From Macrostomum lignano (lineage: Eukaryota): DNA of 64,000 nt. Below the pieces are notes generated by a model. The model ran no database searches and was not told the DNA's origin. It saw only the letters and a list, made by a program, of their open reading frames with translations. Shown here piece after piece: positions 56,560-64,000 of this stretch. The stretch is taken from NCBI GenBank assembly GCA_002269645.1, contig NIVC01000751.1, forward strand, positions 1 to 64,000, given 5' to 3'. Position 1 is the first letter of the stretch. Each line of letters begins with the position of its first letter. The position numbers were made by a program, and so were the translations under genes.

Positions 56560-57070
56560 CCTTGTCTTATGAAATGGGATTTTCCCTTCTAAGCAAATAG
56601 GGAATTTTCCGTCTTAATCAGTGGGGATTCCCCGTCTTAATAAGTGGGGATTCCCCGTCTGAAACAGTGGGAATTCCCCGTCTAAAACAGTGGGATTTCT
56701 CTTTCTAAGAAAGAGGGATTTTCCTGTCCAAGCAAATGGGATTTACCCTTCTAAAACAGTGAGGATTCCCCGTCTAAAAGAGTGGGAATTCCCTGTTTAA
56801 CCCAGTGGGAATTCCCCGTTTAACCCAGTGGGAATTCCCCGTTTAACCCAGTGGGAATTTCCCGTTTAACCCAGTGGGAATTCCCCGTTTAACCCAGTGG
56901 GAATTCCCCGTTTAACCCAGTGGGAATTCCCCGTTTAAACCAGTGGGAATTCCCCGTTTAACCCAGTGGGAATTCCCCGTTTAACCCAGTGGGAATTTCA
57001 CGTCTAGAGCAGTGCAATTTTCCCTTCTAAGCAAGTGGAATTTTCCCTGCTAATCCTATGGGAATTTCCC
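56560..57070. repeat. 23-bp repeat CAGTGGGAATTCCCCGTTTAACC with degenerate flanks
   Basis: About 9 good copies at 56780-57000. Confidence 0.9.
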
Positions 57071-57458
57071 TGTCTAAGCACCGGATTCCCAATTTTAATC
57101 CAGTGTATCTTCTCTGTTCAACACAATCGGATTCTCTTGTTAGATAAAATGGGATTTGACCTTTCTAGGCCAATAGGAATTTCCTTTCTAAACTAAAATG
57201 GGACTAACCTCTCTACACTACAAGGAGCAATAGGGATAACCATATCAATCCAAACAGCTACATGTAAATACGGTGTCTACAAAAACAATTCGGAGCTATT
57301 TCCAGACAATCTGGTCACAACAATTAACCGATAGGTAAAACATAGAATATTAAATAGCTACAAGTGAATAATATTTCATACTTCAAAACATTAGCCATTC
57401 AGGCAAGGGATGTTCAAGAATATTGAAAATCTCACGTAAAAATAAATCACCAACGCCT

Positions 57459-57768
57459 TCACTGGTGCTTCTTCATGTGCAGCGACAGGTGGTCGGAGCG
57501 GCTGAACGCTCGCTTGCACACGTCGCACTGGAAAGGCCGGTCGCCCGTGTGCTTGCGGAAGTGCCGCGTCAGCTCGTCCGACCTGGCGAATCGCCAGCCG
57601 CAGCCGTGCCAGCCGCAGTTGTACGGCTTTTCACCCGTGTGCGTCCGCATGTGCGCCTTCAGGTGCGAGCTCTTGCTGTAGGCCTTGCTGCACCCGAGCT
57701 CCGGGCAGGAGTGCACTCCGCTGCGCTTGCCTGCGCCTGAGGCAAGTTTATTGCCGCGGTGCTTGACC

Positions 57769-57800
<32 letters not shown>

Positions 57801-60800
57801 ATTCCGCCGATGCTTCGCTCTGGGAGTGGGCGATTTGTCAGACATTGAAGCAGATTCTGCAACAAAAATTGTTGTTGTCGGCGGCGGTGGCGGTGGCGCT
57901 TTGGGCGAGTTCAAGTATTCGAGCAGACTGTTGGGATCCTCAGGTCCTGCAGGCTGCTGGTAGCTGATGTATCCGGCTGCAGGTTGCCGCTGCTGGCACG
58001 GCGTCGCAGGCGGACTCATGCTGTCCAGCTGGAACAGGGTGCTCACGCTGGGCAGAGGCTCCGACTTCACCAGCTGCTGATACTGCGGGTTCGCCACGCT
58101 GCTGTACACAACCGGGACTTGGTGGCTCGCGAACCCGCTGGCTAGCACTACCTCGGAATCAGCTGGTTGTGCCAGCATCCCGCTGTGTTGATGAAGCTGA
58201 GGCTGCAGGTCTGAATGATCGATGATGAAGTCCAGATCCAGCAGGCCTTCGTCCTGGTTGCAGTTGCTGCTGTTTAGAAGCATCTGCTGCGAATGCTGAT
58301 TGTGATGGTTGAGAGAGGCCTGCTGCTGCTGCTGCTGGCAGCACAGGCTGGTGGATTCGTAGTACAGCTGACTAGCCAGGTCGCTGACTGGGTCAAGGCA
58401 GGTGACCTGCGGGTGCTGCTGGTAGTGATGCTGGCTCTGGTGCACCAGGTTGAAGCTGCTGCGCACTGCGGAGGAGGCGCTGGAGGAGCCGCAGTGGCCG
58501 CGAATGGCGACAGCGCTGGGAGAGTCCGGGGAGCAGGAGGTGCTGCCGGAGTGGGCCGAGAGCGGGGACAGCTGCGGCGTGGGGAGCTGCGGGTGGGCGA
58601 GTAAGGCTGCTGTGTCTGCTGCTGTGTCTGTCTGTCTGTCTGCTGCTGTGTCTGCTGCTGTGTCTGCTGCTGTGTCTGCTGCTGTGTCTATCTGCTGCTG
58701 TGTCTGCTGCTGTGTCTGCTGCTGTGTCTATCTGCTGCTGTGTCTGCTGTTGTGTCTGCTGCTGTGTCTGTCTGTCTGCTGTTAAGTCTGCTGCTGTATC
58801 TGTGTCTGTATGTCTGCTGCTGTTGTCTGTGTCTGCTGTGTCTGTGTCTGTCTGTCTGTCTGCTGTTAAGTCTGCTGCTGTGTCTGTGTCTGTCTGTCTG
58901 CTGCTGTGTCTGTCTGTCTGTCTGCTGTTAAGTCTGCTGCTGTGTCTGTGTCTGTCTGTCTGCTGCTAAGTCTGCTGCTGTGTCTGCTGCTGTGTCTGCT
59001 GTTGTGTCTGCTGCTGTGTCTGCTGTTGTGTCTACTGCTGTGTCTGCTGTTGTGTCTGCTGCTGTGTTTGCTGTTGTGTCTGCTGCTGTGTCTGCTGCTG
59101 TGTCTGCTGCTGTGTCTGCTGCTGTATCTGTGTCTGTATGTCTGCTGCTGTTGTCTGTGTCTGCTGTGTCTGTGTCTGTCTGTCTGTCTGCTGTTAAGTC
59201 TGCTGCTGTGTCTGTGTCTGTCTGTCTGCTGCTGTGTCTGTCTGTCTGTCTGCTGTTAAGTCTGCTGCTGTGGCTGTGTCTGTCTGTCTGCTGCTGTGTC
59301 TGTCTGTCTGCTGCTAAGTCTGCTGCTGTGTCTGTGTCTGTCTGTCTGCTGCTGTGTCTGTCTGTCTGCTGCTAAGTCTGCTGCTGTGTCTGTGTCTGTC
59401 TGTCTGCTGCTAAGTCTGCTGCTGTGTCTGTGTCTGTCTGCTGCTGTGTCTGTCTGTCTGCTGCTGTGTCTGTGTCTGCCTGTCTGCTGCTGTGTCTGTG
59501 TCTGTCTGCTGCTGTGTCTGTCTGTCTGTCTGCTGTTAAGTCTGCTGCTGTGTCTGTGTCTGTCTGTCTGCTGCTGTGTCTGTCTGTCTGCTGTTAAGTC
59601 TGCTGCTGTGTCTGTGTCTGTCTGTCTGCTGCTGTGTCTGTCTGTCTGCTGCTAAGTCTGCTGCTGTATCTGTGTCTGTATGTCTGCTGCTGTTGTCTGT
59701 GTCTGCTGTGTCTGTGTCTGTCTGTCTGTCTGCTGTTAAGTCTGCTGCTGTGTCTGTGTCTGTCTGTCTGCTGCTGTGTCTGTCTGTCTGCTGTTAAGTC
59801 TGCTGCTGTGGCTGTGTCTGTCTGTCTGCTGCTGTGTCTGTCTGTCTGCTGCTAAGTCTGCTGCTGTGTCTGTGTCTGTCTGTCTGCTGCTAAGTCTGCT
59901 GCTGTGTCTGCTGCTAAGTCTGCTGCTGTGTCTGCTGCTGTGTCTGCTGTTGTGTCTGCTGCTGTGTCTGCTGTTGTGTCTACTGCTGTGTCTGCTGTTG
60001 TGTCTGCTGCTGTGTTTGCTGTTGTGTCTGCTGCTGTGTCTGCTGCTGTGTCTGCTGCTGTGTCTGCTGCTGTATCTGTGTCTGTATGTCTGCTGCTGTT
60101 GTCTGTGTCTGCTGTGTCTGTGTCTGTCTGTCTGTCTGCTGTTAAGTCTGCTGCTGTGTCTGTGTCTGTCTGTCTGCTGCTGTGTCTGTCTGTCTGCTGT
60201 TAAGTCTGCTGCTGTGGCTGTGTCTGTCTGTCTGCTGCTAAGTCTGCTGCTGTGTCTGTGTCTGTCTGCTGCTGTGTCTGTCTGTCTGCTGCTGTGTCTG
60301 TGTCTGCCTGTCTGCTGCTGTGTCTGTGTCTGTCTGCTGCTGTGTCTGTCTGTCTGCTGCTGTGTCTGTGTCTGCCTGTCTGCTGCTGTTGTCTGCTGTC
60401 CCCTGAATTTTCTGTTGTGTCTGTCTGTCTGTCTGCTGCAATGTACTGTGATTATGGAACTTTAAAACACACCCTATTCTGGGGGAATAAAGCAAGGCAT
60501 TGATCGGCAAATGCTCAACGGCCACGTGCAGCACACAGCCGTGCATAGCGACTGCTCAACTGAAATATGCAATGCAACTAATGATTACAATATTAATAAT
60601 AGCTACAGTGGTCACTGTCCATGGATCGCATGGCTGCCGATTTAGGTATAACTGCAACTTAGTGAAAGCAAATAACAAAACCTCAGTGCCCTCCCGGCTG
60701 CACCTCCATCTTGTCGATGCAGTTAATCGATTGCGTGGGATCAGAAACTGCGCATATGGACACTGGGATATAGGGAACAGACTTGGGAAATGTGTGGGAA

Positions 60801-62528
60801 AACCTGACGAAGATGGGGCAACAATTTTGACGCTTCCATCCCTTCTGAAGCTTCTATTTCCCCTCTTCTGAAGGTTCTCTTTACCCTCTCCTGAAGCTTC
60901 TATTTTCCCTCTCCTGAAGCTTCTATTTTTCCGCTCCTGAAGCTTCTATTTTTCCTCTCCTGAAGCTTCTATTTCCCCTCTACTGAAGCTTCTATTTCCC
61001 CTCTACTGAAGCTTCTATTTCCCCTCTACTGAAGCTTCTATTTCCCCTCTACTGAAGACTCTATTTCCCTTCTCCTGAGGCTCTTTTACCTTCTCCTGAA
61101 GGTTTTCTTTCCCCTCTCCTTAAGCTTCTATTTCCCCTCTACTGAAGCTTCTATTTCTCCTCTCCTGAAGCTTCTATTTCCCCTCTCCTGAAGCTTCTGT
61201 TTCCCCTCTCCTGAAGCTTCTATTTCCCCTCTCATGAAGCTTCTATTTCCCCTCTACTGAAGCTTCTATTTCCCCTCTACTGAAGGTTCTATTTCCCTCT
61301 CCTGAAGGTTCTCTTTCCCTTCTCCTGAAGGTTCTATTTCCCTCTCCTGAAGCTTCTTCTTCCCCTCTCCTGAAGCTTCTATTTACCTTCTCCTGAAGGT
61401 TCTATTTCCCTTCTCCTGAAGCTTCTTTTTCCCTCTCCTGAAGCTTCTTCTTCCCCTCTCCTGAAGCTTCTATTTTCCCTCTACTGAGGCTCTTTTACCT
61501 TCTCCTGAAGGTTCTCTTTCCCCTCTCCTGAAGCTTCTTTTTCCCTCTCCTGAAGTTTCTATTTCCCTCTCCTGAAGCTTTTATTTCCTTCTCCTGAAGC
61601 TTCTTTTTCTCTCTCCTGAAGCTTCTATTTCCCCTCTCCTGAAGCTTCTTTTTCCCTCTCCTGAAGCTTCTATTTCCCCTCTCCTGAAGCTTCTTTTTCC
61701 CCTCTCCTGAAGCTTCTATTTCCCCTCTACTGAAGGTTCTCTTTCCCCTCTCCTGAAGCTTCTATTTCCCCTCTACTGAGGCTCTTTTACCTTCTCCTGA
61801 AGGTTCTCTTTCCCCTCTCCTGAAGCTTCTATTTCCCCTCTCCTGAAGCTTCTATTTCCATTCTCCTGAAGCTTCTATTCCCATTCTCCTGAAGCTTCTA
61901 TTTCCCCTCTCCTGAAGCTTCTATTTCCCCTCTCCTGAAGCTTCTATTTCCCCTCTCCTGAAGCTTCTTTTTCCCTCTCCTGAAGCTTCTATTTCCCCTC
62001 TCCTGAAGCTTCTTTTTCCCCTCTACTAAAGGTTGTCTTTCCCCTCTCCTGAAGCTTCTATTTTCCCTCTACTGAGGCTCTTTTACCTTCTCCTGAATGT
62101 TCTCTTTCCCTTCTCCTGAAGGTTCTATTCTCCCTCTACTGAGGCTCTTTTACCTTCTCCTGAAGGTTTTCTTTCCCCTCTCCTGAAGCTTCTTCTTCCC
62201 CTCTCCTGAAGCTTCTATTTCCATTCTCCTGAAGGTTCTATTTCCCCTCTCCTGAAGTTTCTATTTCCCCTCTCCTGAAGCTTCTATTTCCCCTCTCCTG
62301 AAGCTTCTTCTTCCCCTCTTCTGAAGCTTCTGTTTCTCCTTTACTGAAGCTTCTTTTTCCCCTCTCCTGAAGCTTCTATTTCCCCTCTCCTGAAGCTTCT
62401 ATTTCCATTCTCCTGAAGCTTCTATTTCCCCTCTCCTGAAGCTTTCGCTCCTGTGGTACTGAAGTCCTCCATTCCGGCCCTGAGGACCCCGGACGCGCCG
62501 CCCTCCCCAGCTCACTCACCGGGATCAT
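57459..62528 (-). CDS. KLF2/4: Kruppel-like factor of the KLF1/2/4 group, ~378 aa; exons 62528-62520 (MIP) and 58586-57459
   Basis: Three C2H2 fingers ([38 protein letters not shown]) and an LLDLDFII motif as in KLF2/4. ATG ATC CCG|GTGAGT donor and CCCGCAG|CTC acceptor are both phase 0. Confidence 0.9.
58610..60435. repeat. Compound TGC/TGTC microsatellite in the KLF intron
   Basis: Direct reading. Confidence 0.95.
60835..62445. repeat. 22-23-bp pyrimidine-rich minisatellite in the KLF intron (CTCCTGAAGCTTCTATTTCCCCT)
   Basis: About 70 copies. Confidence 0.95.
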
Positions 62529-63214
62529 AGCGGAGAACTCCTCGTGCCGCGGGCTGCCGACCTGACCCCCAAACAGGTCGCAGTCGAACGAGGCTCCGCC
62601 GCAGACGGCTGAGTAGCACGAGCCGCTGCTTGAGGCCGCCACAGAGGACCCGGCGCAGAGGTAGGGACCGCCGCCTCCGACCTCTTCGCCGCAAATTCGA
62701 AACGGGGACTCCAGGGCTGCCTTGCTCCGAGTATTATTGAATAGCCGGATTCAGCAGAGAAAACAGAACTGTTGTTAAGATTTAGGCAGTGAATGAGCGA
62801 CAGATGAGGAACTGACCGGGGTTGAAGGAGAGCAGGTGAGCAACTGGTTCGATTCATTTCTCTTTATCAATACCTTGCCGACACCCCCAAATCCCCGCTC
62901 CCTCCCTCTCTTACCCCCATCATCCTTTCTTCGCATCCTGTGCTCTCCGCTTACCAACCCCCCCCCCCGAACTGAGGAGATCCCCATAATGTCGGAGTTT
63001 CTGATATCGAATCTGAAGGCCACTGGCTGGGCTGGCACACCTGCGCCACAGGTGAATTTGACACTCAAATTTTGACGCTTTGAATTTATAAGTTCTCAAG
63101 TAAAACTTGAAATTATCGTTGACTGTGATGGCATGTGATAGAAACCTTTTCATTAACTGTTTGTGATGATATCATTGATGCCGATGAGAACATGAATGAC
63201 GCTAAGATAAACAA

Positions 63215-63259
63215 CTAGACAGACAGACAGACAGGACAGGACAGGACAGGACAGGACAG

Positions 63260-63311
<52 letters not shown>

Positions 63312-63562
63312 CACAGGACAGGACAGGACAGGACAGGACAGGACAGACAGACAGGACAGGACAGGACAGGACAGGACAGGACAGACAGACAGACACACAC
63401 ACAGGACAGGACAGGACAGACAGACAGACACACACACAGGACAGGACAGGACAGACAGACACACAGGACAGGACAGGACAGGACAGGACAGGACAGGACA
63501 GACAGACAGGACAGGACAGGACAGGACAGACAGGCAGACAGGCAGGACAGACAGACAGGACG

Positions 63563-63603
<41 letters not shown>

Positions 63604-63867
63604 TCAGACAGACAGACAGACACACAGGACAGGACAGGACAGACAGACAGACACACACAAGACAGGACAGGACAGACAGACACACACACAGGACAGGACA
63701 GGACAGACAGGCAGACAGGCAGGACAGACAGACAGGACGGACAGGACAGGACAGACAGACAGACACACAAGACAGGACAGGACAGACAGACAGACACACA
63801 CACAGGACAGGACAGGACAGACAGGCAGACAGGCAGGACAGACAGACAGACAGACAGACAGTCAGTC

Positions 63868-63900
<33 letters not shown>

Positions 63901-63975
63901 CACACACAGGACAGGACAGGACAGGCAGGACAGACAGACAGGACGGACAGACAGGACGGACAGACAGACACTAAG
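63215..63975. repeat. (GACA)n/(GGACA)n microsatellite upstream of KLF
   Basis: Direct reading. Confidence 0.95.
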
Positions 63976-64000
63976 ACAGGCAGAAAAACAGACTTATGAA

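Overview
Eukaryotic, intron-containing, extremely minisatellite-rich animal DNA. The style (a different tandem repeat in almost every intron, GC-rich coding exons with polyQ/polyA runs) suggests a free-living flatworm such as Macrostomum; this identity is inference only. Gene models built by hand from GT-AG signals and recalled family motifs: Msx (5' part, minus strand, runs off the window), a 228-aa protein with an unknown N-terminal domain plus an Hsp70-lid-like C-terminus, a class A GPCR, GRIP golgin GCC1/GCC88 (8 exons), intronless TIM17, Rab9, Acinus (ACIN1), a GADD45-family gene and a KLF2/4-type zinc-finger gene (minus). Also present: a mariner-derived long-TIR element, a foldback/MULE-like element with a 9-bp TSD, several MITE-like elements, a degenerate 28S rRNA fragment and about 30 tandem arrays. 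Most long ORFs in the supplied track are repeat artefacts. Top leads: (1) Rab9 has no convincing start-codon exon. Its first coding exon starts in phase 0 at a U-rich acceptor where an AUG-ending flatworm spliced leader would supply Met1, just downstream of a candidate TIM17 polyA site (possible operon). (2) A minisatellite of 11 perfect RFX X-boxes. (3) A recursive-splice-site-like signal on the antisense flank of the 28S fragment. (4) Single-base frame breaks in three otherwise intact genes.
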